Positions 9,329 to 18,678 of a DNA stretch of 64,000 nucleotides are shown here, piece after piece. A program made the translations under genes and the position numbers. The stretch is from the NCBI GenBank assembly GCA_965228735.1, contig OZ245838.1, forward strand, positions 736,001 through 800,000, written 5' to 3'. The notes beneath the pieces were generated by a model. That model saw only the letters and a list, made by a program, of their open reading frames with translations, ran no database searches and was not told the DNA's origin. This DNA is from Planctomycetota bacterium. GTDB taxonomy: Bacteria > Planctomycetota > UBA1135 > UBA2386. Numbering within the stretch: the first letter of the stretch is position 1; each line of letters begins with the position of its first letter.

Positions 9329-9775
9329 TCACTCGGAATCGCCGTCGTCGGGCTCCGGATCGGCCTTGGCCTGACGCTCGAGCACCTCGTGGATGCGCTG
9401 CAGGAAGCTGCAGTAGGCGGCGCCGAACGCGCACGCGGCGTGCCAGAACGCGCGCATGGGCAGCGCCACCGCGGTCTTGCGGTAGTCGTCGACGAAGTAC
9501 TCGACGCCGAGACCGAGCGCGCCGACGAACACGCCGACGATCGCGGCCGCGAACAGCGCGAGCGGCGCCGGGTTGCTGTTCTTCGGCAGCCGCGGCATCG
9601 GGCGTCGGTTGCGCGACCGGTTCGAGATCACCTGCATCGCGAGGCCGAACGCGACGATCGCGGCCCACTCGATCGGCTGCATCTCGAACTCGTGGAACTG
9701 CGTCGTGCCCGCCAACCAGAGCAGGGCGACGAGCAGCGGGCAGAGCCGCAGTAGGCGACGGGTCCAGGTCGTCAC
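9329..9775 (-). CDS. Hypothetical integral membrane protein
   Basis: About 4 hydrophobic segments; same strand as neighbours. Confidence 0.6.
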   Translation of the reverse strand: MTTWTRRLLRLCPLLVALLWLAGTTQFHEFEMQPIEWAAIVAFGLAMQVISNRSRNRRPMPRLPKNSNPAPLALFAAAIVGVFVGALGLGVEYFVDDYRKTAVALPMRAFWHAACAFGAAYCSFLQRIHEVLERQAKADPEPDDGDSE

Positions 9776-9938
9776 CGGAAACTACGGTTGTGAGCGGGTG
9801 GCGGGGCAGTTCGACATGGCTCGCCATCGTGCGGGCTGCCGAGGTCGTGCGCCAGCACCGAGCCCGGTAGGGGGGGCGGAACAACGAGCGACATCAGCCT
9901 TTCAACGTTCCCCGCGGAGTCCTACCTTCAACGTCCTG

Positions 9939-11273
9939 ATGAAGGTGCTCGTCGTCGGTTCTGGCGGTCGTGAACACGCCCTGGTCTGGAAGATCGGCCA
10001 GTCGCCGCTGGTTTCGAAACTGTTCTGCGCGCCCGGCAACCCCGGGACCCGGGAGCTCGCCGAGAACGTCGACGTCGCCGCGGACGACATCGCCGGAATC
10101 GTGCGATTCGCCAACGCCGAGTCCATCGACCTCGTCGTCGTCGGGCCCGAGGCCCCGCTCTGCGACGGCCTCGCCGACGAGCTCGAGAAGAACGGGCGGC
10201 TGTGCTTCGGCCCTTCGCGTGCGGCGGCGGAGATCGAGGGCAGCAAGGTGTTCGCGCGCGAGCTCTGCCGCACGCATCGCATCCCGGGGCCGAGCTTCTG
10301 GTCGTTCGACGATGTCCATCGGGCGAAGTCGTTCCTGCAGAACCGCGAGGACGGCCCGATCGTCGTCAAGGCGTCGGGGCTCGCCGCGGGTAAGGGCGTC
10401 GCGGTGTGCAAGAACAACGCGGAGGCGCTCGCGGCCGTCGCGGATTGTCTCGAGCAGGGGCGCTTCGGCGATGCCGGCGCGACGGTCGTGCTCGAGGAGT
10501 GTCTCGCAGGGCCCGAGGTCTCGCTCATCACGATCACGGATGGTCGCACGATCGTGCCGCTCGAGCCGGCGCGCGATCACAAGCCGGTGTTCGACGGCAA
10601 CGAGGGCCCCAACACCGGCGGCATGGGCGTCGTGAGCCCGGTGGATCTCATGCCGCGGCTGCGTTCGCAGATCGAGAACCAGGTCGTGTTCCCGGCCGTG
10701 CACGCGATGAATCGCGTCGGTCGCACCTACCGCGGGTTCCTCTACGCGGGGCTCATGCTGACTCCGCAGGGGCCGCGCGTTCTCGAGTTCAACTGTCGCC
10801 TCGGGGATCCCGAGACGCAGCCGCTGTTGATGCGCTTTTCGAGCGATCTGCTGCCGTATCTGCTGGCGGTCGCCGAGGGCAAGCTCGAAGCGCTCGAGGC
10901 GCCGAAGTGGGATTCGCGCGCGGCCGTTTGCGTCGTCGCGTGCAGCGAGGGTTATCCCGGCAGCTACCCCAAGGGCCGCCCGATCCTCGGTATCGACAAG
11001 GTCGCGACCGGTCCCGACCTGCAGGTGTTTCACGCCGGCACCGCGCAGCAACTCGGCGGCGATCTCGTCACGGCGGGCGGTCGCGTGCTCGCGGTCACGG
11101 GGCTCGGCGACGACGTCGAGTCGGCGCGGCAGCGCGTCTACGGCGCGCTCGAGCAGATCGAGTTCCAGGGCATGCACTTTCGCAAGGACATCGGTCTCCC
11201 GCTTGACCGGCAGGGGCTCGAGCGGCAGGGGCTCGAGCGGCATGGGCACGATCGGCATGGGGCGGATCGGTAG
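9939..11273 (+). CDS. purD: Phosphoribosylamine--glycine ligase
   Basis: MKVLVVGSGGREHAL, LAAGKGV, GPNTGGMG, EFNCRLGDPE. Confidence 0.97.
   Translation: MKVLVVGSGGREHALVWKIGQSPLVSKLFCAPGNPGTRELAENVDVAADDIAGIVRFANAESIDLVVVGPEAPLCDGLADELEKNGRLCFGPSRAAAEIEGSKVFARELCRTHRIPGPSFWSFDDVHRAKSFLQNREDGPIVVKASGLAAGKGVAVCKNNAEALAAVADCLEQGRFGDAGATVVLEECLAGPEVSLITITDGRTIVPLEPARDHKPVFDGNEGPNTGGMGVVSPVDLMPRLRSQIENQVVFPAVHAMNRVGRTYRGFLYAGLMLTPQGPRVLEFNCRLGDPETQPLLMRFSSDLLPYLLAVAEGKLEALEAPKWDSRAAVCVVACSEGYPGSYPKGRPILGIDKVATGPDLQVFHAGTAQQLGGDLVTAGGRVLAVTGLGDDVESARQRVYGALEQIEFQGMHFRKDIGLPLDRQGLERQGLERHGHDRHGADR
11208..11270 (+). repeat. 15-bp tandem repeat x4 in the 3' end of purD
   Basis: CGGCAGGGGCTCGAG x2, then CGGCATGGGCACGAT and CGGCATGGGGCGGAT; encodes RQGLE RQGLE RHGHD RHGAD. 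Confidence 0.8.
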
Positions 11274-11279
11274 GACGGC

Positions 11280-11756
11280 GTGAAGACCGAGCAGGAACAG
11301 CGCATCGTCGAGGAGCACCTCAGGAAGAACGGCTTCCGCTGGACGAGCCAGCGCGAGCTGATCGTGCAGAAGGCGCTCGAGACGCATGAGCACTTCACCG
11401 CGGAAGAGCTGCTCGATCGCTGCCGCATGGTCGACTCCAAGGTCTCGCGCGCGACGGTCTATCGCACGCTCGCCGTGCTCGAGAAGGCCAACTTCGTCGA
11501 GGGGCTCGATACGGGCGACGGCGGCCGCAAGTTCGAGCACGTGATCGGGCACGAGCACCACGACCACATGGTCTGCAGCAAGTGTGGCTCCATCTTCGAG
11601 TTCCACGACGAGGAACTCGAGCGTCGCCAGGTCGCGGCGGCGCGCCGGCTCGGCTTCCGGATCGAACACCACAGTCTGCGGATCTACGGCACGTGCAAGA
11701 AATGCGTGGCCCGCGATCGCAAGAAGAAGCGCAAGCCGGGGAGCGCGCGGCGGTGA
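11280..11756 (+). CDS. Fur family transcriptional repressor
   Basis: TSQRELI, HFTAEEL, SRATVYRTL, HHDHMVCSKCG, C-terminal CxxC. Confidence 0.93.
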   Translation: MKTEQEQRIVEEHLRKNGFRWTSQRELIVQKALETHEHFTAEELLDRCRMVDSKVSRATVYRTLAVLEKANFVEGLDTGDGGRKFEHVIGHEHHDHMVCSKCGSIFEFHDEELERRQVAAARRLGFRIEHHSLRIYGTCKKCVARDRKKKRKPGSARR

Positions 11757-13159
11757 GTGGCAGCGCGGCGCGGGTGCTCGTCGTCGACGACGAGCGGGAC
11801 CTCGCGGAGTCGTGCGCGTTCTTCCTCGAGCGCGCCGGGCACGAGGCCAGGTGCGTGACCAGCGGCGAGGCCGCGCTCGAGCTACTCACCGAATCGGCGT
11901 TCGAGCTCGTGATCACCGACGTGCGCATGCCGCGCATGACCGGCATGGAACTGCTGTCGGCGATCAAGCAACGTGATCCCGACATCGAGGTGCTGATCAT
12001 CACCGGGTTCCCGGACCTGCAGATGGCCGTGCAGGCGATCAAGCAGGGCGCGTTCGACTACCTCGCGAAGCCGTACGGTGAGCAGGACCTCATGGCGAGC
12101 GTGAACAAGGCGATCGCGCACCGCCGGATGAAGGAGGGCAACGAGGGGCTCAAGGAGCGCCTGCGCGGCGGCGTGGAGAGTCGACGGCTGATCCACCGGT
12201 CCAAGGCGTTGGGCGAAGTCGTGCAGATGCTCGAGCGCGCGGCGCGGACGGACGCGTCCGTGCTGCTGCTCGGCGAGAGCGGCACCGGCAAGGAAGTGCT
12301 CGCGCATCACCTGCACGACAGCAGCGCGCGCGTGGACAAGCCGTTCGTGCCCGTCGACTGCGCGTCGATCCCGGCCGAACTCTTCGAGAGCGAGCTCTTC
12401 GGTCACAAGAAGGGCGCGTTCACGGGCGCGGAGTCGGACAAGCTCGGCCTGTTCCAGGTCGCCGATGGCGGCACGCTGTTCCTCGACGAGCTCGGCGAAC
12501 TGCCGCTGCCGTTCCAGCCCAAGATGCTGCGGGCGATCCAGGAGATGTCCGTTCGGCCGGTTGGCGCGAACGAGCAGGTGGACATCGATGTGCGGATCGT
12601 CGCCGCGACGAACCGCGACCTGCAGAAGGAGGTCGACGACGGCAACTTTCGGGCGGATCTGTTCTACCGGCTCGACGTCGTGCGCGTGCCGATCCCGCCG
12701 CTGCGAGAACGCAGCGAGGATGTAGCCGTGCTCGCGGAGCACTTTCTGCAGCGCTTCGGCCAGCACGTCGGCATCGACCGGATCACGAGCGAGGCCATGC
12801 GGCTGCTGCGCGAGTGCCGCTGGCCCGGCAACGTTCGGCAGCTGCGCAACGCGATCGAGCGCGCCTGCGCCCTCGGTCAGCCGCCGGAGCTACGCGCCGC
12901 GGACCTGCCGCCCGAGGTCCTGAGCGGCGGCGGCGAGGCCGCACCGACCGTGAGCCCGATCGACGTCGAGGGCGCGGGCACGTTCCAGGAGATGAAGGCG
13001 CGCAAGATCGCCGCGATGGAGAGCGCCTACATCGAGACGTTGTTGAAGAAGCACGGCGGCAATGTCACGCACTGCAGCGAAGAGGCCGGCATGGCCCGCA
13101 GCGCGTTCCAGAAGCTCATGCAGAAGCACGGCATCAAGAGCTCCGACTACCGCGGGTGA
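11753..13159 (+). CDS. NtrC-family sigma-54-dependent response regulator
   Basis: REC domain (VLVVDDE, TDVRMP), GESGTGKE, ESELFGHKKGAFTGA, WPGNVRQL, C-terminal HTH; GTG overlaps the Fur stop. Confidence 0.93.
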   Translation: MSGSAARVLVVDDERDLAESCAFFLERAGHEARCVTSGEAALELLTESAFELVITDVRMPRMTGMELLSAIKQRDPDIEVLIITGFPDLQMAVQAIKQGAFDYLAKPYGEQDLMASVNKAIAHRRMKEGNEGLKERLRGGVESRRLIHRSKALGEVVQMLERAARTDASVLLLGESGTGKEVLAHHLHDSSARVDKPFVPVDCASIPAELFESELFGHKKGAFTGAESDKLGLFQVADGGTLFLDELGELPLPFQPKMLRAIQEMSVRPVGANEQVDIDVRIVAATNRDLQKEVDDGNFRADLFYRLDVVRVPIPPLRERSEDVAVLAEHFLQRFGQHVGIDRITSEAMRLLRECRWPGNVRQLRNAIERACALGQPPELRAADLPPEVLSGGGEAAPTVSPIDVEGAGTFQEMKARKIAAMESAYIETLLKKHGGNVTHCSEEAGMARSAFQKLMQKHGIKSSDYRG

Positions 13160-13252
13160 ACATACCGAACCCGCCAACGGGGGCTCTCGGTTGTTTCACG
13201 CCGCGGCGTGAGCCAACCGACCGCCCCCGTTGGCGGGTTCGGTATGTTCACC
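13155..13252. repeat. 98-bp palindromic element (family A) between convergent genes
   Basis: 30-bp perfect inverted arms GGTGAACATACCGAACCCGCCAACGGGGGC plus a near-perfect inner stem; contains both flanking TGA stops. Confidence 0.9.
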
Positions 13253-14048
13253 GTTCGCCGAGCAGGACGTTCGGCTTGCGGCGGTCGCGCGTCTGCAGGT
13301 GCTTGCTCGCGCCCTTCAGGATGTGAGCGGTCGCCGCAGCGACGTCGTCCGTCACGAGGATGCGGTCGACGTCGGCCTGGGCGATCGTGCCCTCCTGCAC
13401 CATCGTGTCGCGGACGAAGTCGAGCATCGGCTCCCAGTAGTCCTTGCCCATGAGCACGATCGGAAAATCCTCGATCTTGCCCGTCTGGATCAGGGTCGCG
13501 GATTCGAACAGCTCGTCGAGCGTGCCGAAGCCGCCGGGCATCACGATGAAGGCGTAGCTGTATTTCACCAGCATGACCTTCCGCACGAAGAAGTAGCGGA
13601 ACTCGACGAAGCGATCGAGGTAGGGGTTGCAGCTCTGCTCGTGTGGCAGCGTGATGTTGCAGCCGACCGACAGGCCGCCCGCGTCGCGCGCGCCGCGGTT
13701 GGCGGCCTCCATGATGCCCGGGCCGCCGCCCGTCATGATCGTGAAGCCGCTGCGGCTGACCTCCGCGGACACGGCCCGCGCCATCCGGTACCAGCGGTTG
13801 TTCTCGTCGAAGCGCGCGGAGCCGAACACCGTGACGCACGGCGGCACGAAGTGCAGCGCGCGGAAGCCGCGGATGAACTCGAGCGTGATGCGCAGCACGC
13901 GCCCGAGCTCGCGCAATCGGCTGCGCGGCCCGGCGAGGAACTGCTGGTCCGCGGAATCTCGCGAGCGTTTGCCCCAGTCGGGCACACCAGGCCGGTCCGG
14001 CGGCGAGCCGCCGCCCGGTGGTGGGCTCGGATCGTCGGTCGTCGTCAC
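13248..14048 (-). CDS. LOG family (TIGR00730) Rossmann-fold nucleotide phosphoribohydrolase
   Basis: VTVFGSAR, TGGGPGIMEA, FFVRK, PGGFGTLDE; GTG overlaps the purQ stop. Confidence 0.92.
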   Translation of the reverse strand: MTTTDDPSPPPGGGSPPDRPGVPDWGKRSRDSADQQFLAGPRSRLRELGRVLRITLEFIRGFRALHFVPPCVTVFGSARFDENNRWYRMARAVSAEVSRSGFTIMTGGGPGIMEAANRGARDAGGLSVGCNITLPHEQSCNPYLDRFVEFRYFFVRKVMLVKYSYAFIVMPGGFGTLDELFESATLIQTGKIEDFPIVLMGKDYWEPMLDFVRDTMVQEGTIAQADVDRILVTDDVAAATAHILKGASKHLQTRDRRKPNVLLGER

Positions 14049-14842
14049 GCCTGCCCCGCGGCCTTCACGAGCTCGCGGAACACCACCATGCCGTCGCCAT
14101 CCTCGGGCAGGCTGCCGCCGGCGCGCTGGCGCTCGCGCCAGTCCGGCATGTGCGTCGGCAGGTAGGCGCGGTCGGGGTGCGGCATCATGCCGAGCACGCG
14201 GCCCGTCGAATCCGTGAGTCCCGCGATCCCGAGCGGCGCGCCGTTCGGGTTCTGCGGGTAGCTCTCGGTCGGCTCCCCGTGCTCGTCGACGTAGCGCAGC
14301 GCCGTGAAGCCTTCGTCGACGAGCATCTGCTCGAACGCGCGGTCCTTGCCGATGAGCCGCCCTTCGCCGTGCGCGGCGGGCCAACGCAGGGTCAGACCCG
14401 CGGGCAGGAACTGGCAGCGCGATTGCGCGGTGCGCAACGTGACCCAGCGGCACTCGTAGTGGTTGCTGATGTTGTGCGTGAGCGACACCTCCTCGCGCAG
14501 CTCGCCCGTCGACCGCGGCAGCAGGCCGAGGCGCACGAGCACCTGGAAGCCGTTGCAGATGCCGAGCACGAAGCCGCCGTCGTCGACGAAGCGCAGCAGG
14601 CGGTCGCCGAGCCGATACTTCATCTCCTGGGCGAGCACGCGGCCCGAGCTGATGTCGTCGCCGTAGGCGAAGCCGCCGGGCACGCACAGCGCCTGGAACC
14701 GATCGAGCGCCGCGGGGTCCTGCAGCAGCTGCTGGATGTGCAGGTACTCGGGGTCGCCACCGGCGCGGGCGATCGCGTGATGGGTCTCGCGCTCGCAGTT
14801 GATGCCGGGCGCGCGCAGAACGAGGATTCGTGGGGCGCTCAT
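14045..14842 (-). CDS. purQ: FGAM synthase glutaminase subunit
   Basis: LRAPGINCE, PGGFAYGD, GICNGFQ, AHGEG, MMPHPDR. Confidence 0.95.
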   Translation of the reverse strand: MSAPRILVLRAPGINCERETHHAIARAGGDPEYLHIQQLLQDPAALDRFQALCVPGGFAYGDDISSGRVLAQEMKYRLGDRLLRFVDDGGFVLGICNGFQVLVRLGLLPRSTGELREEVSLTHNISNHYECRWVTLRTAQSRCQFLPAGLTLRWPAAHGEGRLIGKDRAFEQMLVDEGFTALRYVDEHGEPTESYPQNPNGAPLGIAGLTDSTGRVLGMMPHPDRAYLPTHMPDWRERQRAGGSLPEDGDGMVVFRELVKAAGQA

Positions 14843-17742
14843 CGGGCACCTCCGGCGGGCGTGCCGGTCAACGTGCCGTCGAAGTCGAGCGGCGCGCGCC
14901 ACCGCTGTTTGGCGTCGTCGATGGGCACCTTCGCGAGCTCGGTCGCGCCCTTCACGAACACGATTTCCGGCGCGGCGGTGACCTCGCCGATCACGGCGAA
15001 CGGCACCTTGTGCAGGTTGGCCGTGAGGTCGTCCATGCGATCGGCCGGCACCTCGAGCAGGATGCGGCTCTGCGACTCGCTGAACATGACGGTCGTGGCG
15101 TCCAGTTCACCGGCCGTCTGCGCGCGGCCGAGGTCCACGCGCGCGCCGAACCCGCCGGCGATGGCCATCTCCGCGACCGCGGCGCCGAGGCCGCCCTCGC
15201 TGAGGTCGTGCGCGGACAGCGCGCAGCGGGCCGCGATCGCGCGGTGGCAGCCGATCAGGACATCGCGGCCGAGCTCCTTGTCGACGCGCGGCACGTTCTT
15301 GCCGAGCTGACCCTTGGTCTTGTAGTAGACCGAGCCACCGAGCTCGTCCTTGGTCACGCCGACGAGCACGAGCTGCGAGCCGGGCTTGCTGAACGCGGAG
15401 TCGAGCGACAGCCGGACGTCGGGGATCACGGACAGCGCGGACACGAGGATGCAGCCGGGGATGCGGATCGTCCGATCGCCGGTCCGGAACTCGTTGTGCA
15501 GCGAGTCCTTCCCGGACACGAACGGCGTCTTGTAGTGCAGCGCGAGGTCGCAGAGCGCCTCGGTCGCCCGCACGAGCTCGCCGAGCGCCTGCGGGTCGCG
15601 CGTGTTGCCCCAGCAGTAGTTGTCGAGCACCGCGGTGTAGTCGGGATCGCCGCCGGCGACAACGAGGTTGCGCATCGCCTCGTCGAGCGCGCACTCGGCC
15701 ATCGCCGCGGGGTCGATGCGCGAGTAGCGCGGGTTGAGGCCGTTGCTGAGCACGACGCCGCGCCAGGAACCGAGCTTGGGCGCGATCACCGCGGCATTGG
15801 CGGGGCCGTCCTCGCCGGGGCCGCAGAGCGGCTTGCCCGCCGAGCCGGCCTGCACCTCGTGGTCATACTGCCGGATGATCCACTCCTTGCTGCAGACGCC
15901 GTAGTCCGAGAGCACGTCGAGCAGCGCGTTGCCGAGGTCGTCGGTCGCGGGCAGGGTGGGTTCGTGATGGTCGCCCGGCGTGTAGCTCGCCTCCTGCTCG
16001 CGGGCCGGCACGCCATCGTGCAGGAAATGGCTGTCGAGGTCGGCGTGCACCTCGCCCGCGAACTTCACGACGAGCCGGCCCGTGCCCGTGAACGTGCCGA
16101 GCACGGTCGCCTCGCACGTCTCCGCCCTGCACACCGCGAGCAGGCGGTCGAGCTTGTCGGGCGGCACGGCGAGGACCATCCGTTCCTGCGCCTCGCTGAT
16201 CCAGATCTCCCACGGCGCGAGGCCCGCGTACTTGAGCGGCGCGTCCTGCAGCTCGACCTCGGCGCCGAGCTCCTCGGCCATCTCGCCGATCGCCGAACTG
16301 AACCCGCCCGCGCCGCAGTCGGTGATCGCCGAGAACAGGTCCTCCTCGGCGCAGGCGAGCACCGCGTCCATGACGATCCGTTCGGTGATCGGGTCGCCGA
16401 TCTGCACCGCGCCCGAGCTCTGCATTTCGCTGTCGGTGTGCAGCTCGAGCGAGCTGAACGTCGCGCCGTGGATGCCGTCGCGGCCCGTGCGACCGCCGAG
16501 CGCGACGATGACGTCGCCCTTGTTCGGCGCCTTGTGCGCGCGGGCCGTCGGCAGGATGCCGACGTTGCCGACGTAGACGAGCGGGTTGCCGATGAAGTTC
16601 TCGTCGAAGTGCACGCTGCCGTTCACCGTCGGAATGCCCATCGGGTTGCCGTAGTCGCGCACGCCGGCGACGACGCCTTCCATGACGCGGCGCGGATGCA
16701 GGCAGCCCTGCGGCACGTGGTCGTTCGGCAGGTCCGGCGGCGCGAAGCAGAACACGTCCGTGTTGGCGATCGGGCGCGCGCCGAGCCCGGTGCCGAGCAC
16801 GTCGCGGATCACGCCGCCGACCCCGGTGCCGGCACCGCCGAACGGTTCGATCGCCGACGGCCGGTTGTGGGTCTCGACCTTGATGCAGACCGAGTCCTCG
16901 TCGTCGAAGCGGATGATGCCCGCATTGTCGACGAACACGCTCACGCAGAAGTCGCGCTGCAGCGTGTTCGTCACGTTCGCGATCGTGCTCTTCAGCAGGT
17001 TCTCGATGCGCCGGCCCTCGAACGTCACGTTGCCGGTCAGCGTCTTGTGCTTGCAGTGTTCGCTCCAGGTCTGCGCCAGGGTCTCGAGCTCGAGGCGCGT
17101 GGGGGCGCGACCGAGCTTTCCGAAGTGCGCCTGGATCGCGAGCATCTCGGTGCCGTCGAGCGCGAGGCCGCCGTCCTGCGAGAGCTTCTCGAGTGCTGTG
17201 CGATCGAGCCCCGCGAGGTCGATACTCTGCACCGAGAGGTCGGGTTCGCCAGCCGGGCCTGGCAGACCGGCCGGCAGGCCATCCGGGAGCACGTCCTGGA
17301 TCACGTCGTTGCTCAGCGCGCGGCGCGCCGCGGTGACGAGCGCGTCGGCGGCGACGTCGCCGGCGACGTCGAACACCTGGTAGGTGCCGGCGGGAGCCGC
17401 CGGCAGCTGCATGTCGCGCAGTGCCTTCTCTACGGAGTGCGCGACCGGGTCGGTCACGCCGGGCCGCGGAACGATGGCGATCGTGTGGCCGTTCTCGGGA
17501 GCCGGGACCTCGGCGCCGGGCGCGTGGATCGCGAAGTCGTCGGCGATCGGATCACTGAGGACCGCGCGCGTGAACTCTTCGACCTGCGCCCTTTCGAGCT
17601 CGTCGCCGAGCAGGTAGCCGCGCCGGGTGCGCACGCCGGTGATTCCGGTCACGCCGGCGGCCGCGAGCGCCCTCTGAGCCGCATCCGCGGCAGGGTCGGG
17701 CCGACCTTCTTTGACGAGAACATCGACGCGCCACGCCTGCAT
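14839..17742 (-). CDS. purL: FGAM synthase synthetase subunit with N-terminal PurS-like domains
   Basis: WSEHCKH, KVETHN, RDGIHGA, DCGAGG, SEAQERM, GKDSL, HDLSEGG; N-terminal K/RxGxxDP repeats. Confidence 0.95.
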   Translation of the reverse strand: MQAWRVDVLVKEGRPDPAADAAQRALAAAGVTGITGVRTRRGYLLGDELERAQVEEFTRAVLSDPIADDFAIHAPGAEVPAPENGHTIAIVPRPGVTDPVAHSVEKALRDMQLPAAPAGTYQVFDVAGDVAADALVTAARRALSNDVIQDVLPDGLPAGLPGPAGEPDLSVQSIDLAGLDRTALEKLSQDGGLALDGTEMLAIQAHFGKLGRAPTRLELETLAQTWSEHCKHKTLTGNVTFEGRRIENLLKSTIANVTNTLQRDFCVSVFVDNAGIIRFDDEDSVCIKVETHNRPSAIEPFGGAGTGVGGVIRDVLGTGLGARPIANTDVFCFAPPDLPNDHVPQGCLHPRRVMEGVVAGVRDYGNPMGIPTVNGSVHFDENFIGNPLVYVGNVGILPTARAHKAPNKGDVIVALGGRTGRDGIHGATFSSLELHTDSEMQSSGAVQIGDPITERIVMDAVLACAEEDLFSAITDCGAGGFSSAIGEMAEELGAEVELQDAPLKYAGLAPWEIWISEAQERMVLAVPPDKLDRLLAVCRAETCEATVLGTFTGTGRLVVKFAGEVHADLDSHFLHDGVPAREQEASYTPGDHHEPTLPATDDLGNALLDVLSDYGVCSKEWIIRQYDHEVQAGSAGKPLCGPGEDGPANAAVIAPKLGSWRGVVLSNGLNPRYSRIDPAAMAECALDEAMRNLVVAGGDPDYTAVLDNYCWGNTRDPQALGELVRATEALCDLALHYKTPFVSGKDSLHNEFRTGDRTIRIPGCILVSALSVIPDVRLSLDSAFSKPGSQLVLVGVTKDELGGSVYYKTKGQLGKNVPRVDKELGRDVLIGCHRAIAARCALSAHDLSEGGLGAAVAEMAIAGGFGARVDLGRAQTAGELDATTVMFSESQSRILLEVPADRMDDLTANLHKVPFAVIGEVTAAPEIVFVKGATELAKVPIDDAKQRWRAPLDFDGTLTGTPAGGAR

Positions 17743-17814
17743 GGACCCAACATGCCGACCGCCAGGGGTGAAGGCAAGATCGCGGCCGGGCGGATGCCCC
17801 GGTCCGATCCACGT

Positions 17815-18627
17815 TCAGCTGTAACTCTCGTCGGCGCTCGGGAAGTCGTGGCGCTTGACGTCGCTCGTGTAGCCCTTGACGGCGCCCTCGATCTCTTCGG
17901 CGAGCTCGAGATAACGGCGGACGAAGCGCGGGCGGAAGCGCGTGAACAGCCCGAGCATGTCGTGCGTTACGAGGATCTGCCCGTCGGTGTCCGGGCCGGC
18001 GCCGATGCCGATGACCGGGATGTCGACGGCCTGCTGCACGGCCTGGCCGAGATCGGCCGGGACCTTCTCGAGCACCATCGCGAACGCACCGGCCTGCTGC
18101 AGCGCGGCGGCGTCCGCGAGGATGCGGTCGCGTTCTTCGGGCGTCGTCCCGCGCGCCTTGTAGGTGCCGAACTGATGGATGCTCTGCGGGGTGAGGCCGA
18201 GGTGACCCATGACCGGGATGCCGGCGTCGACCAGGGCCCGGACCGTGTCGGCGCGTTCTTGCCCGCCCTCGAGTTTGACCGCCTCGGCGAGACCCTCCTT
18301 GAGCATGCGGCCGGCGTTCTGCAGCGCCTTCGCCGTCGTGACCTCGTAGCTCATGAACGGCATGTCGCAGACGACGAGCGCGCGCTCGACGGCGCGGCCG
18401 ACGAGCTCGCAGTGGTAGACCATCTGGTCCATCGTCACGGGCACCGTCGTGTCGCGGCCCTGCATGACCGTCGCGACGGAGTCGCCGACGAGGATCACGT
18501 CGATGCCCGCCCGATCGAGCAGGCTCGCGAGCAGGTAGTCGTAGGCCGTGAGCGCGGCGATCCGTTCGCCCTCGGCCTTCATCTCGCGCAGGCTCGCGGT
18601 CGTGATCTTCGAACGGCTGGTGGCCAT
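17815..18627 (-). CDS. panB: 3-methyl-2-oxobutanoate hydroxymethyltransferase
   Basis: LTAYD, LVGDS, DMPF, VKLEGG, GHLGLTPQ, IGIGAG, DGQILV. Confidence 0.97.
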   Translation of the reverse strand: MATSRSKITTASLREMKAEGERIAALTAYDYLLASLLDRAGIDVILVGDSVATVMQGRDTTVPVTMDQMVYHCELVGRAVERALVVCDMPFMSYEVTTAKALQNAGRMLKEGLAEAVKLEGGQERADTVRALVDAGIPVMGHLGLTPQSIHQFGTYKARGTTPEERDRILADAAALQQAGAFAMVLEKVPADLGQAVQQAVDIPVIGIGAGPDTDGQILVTHDMLGLFTRFRPRFVRRYLELAEEIEGAVKGYTSDVKRHDFPSADESYS

Positions 18628-18678
18628 GGCTGTCTCCTGTTGCGCTACCGGCTGCTGTCGCGCCGCCCGCGTGTCGCG

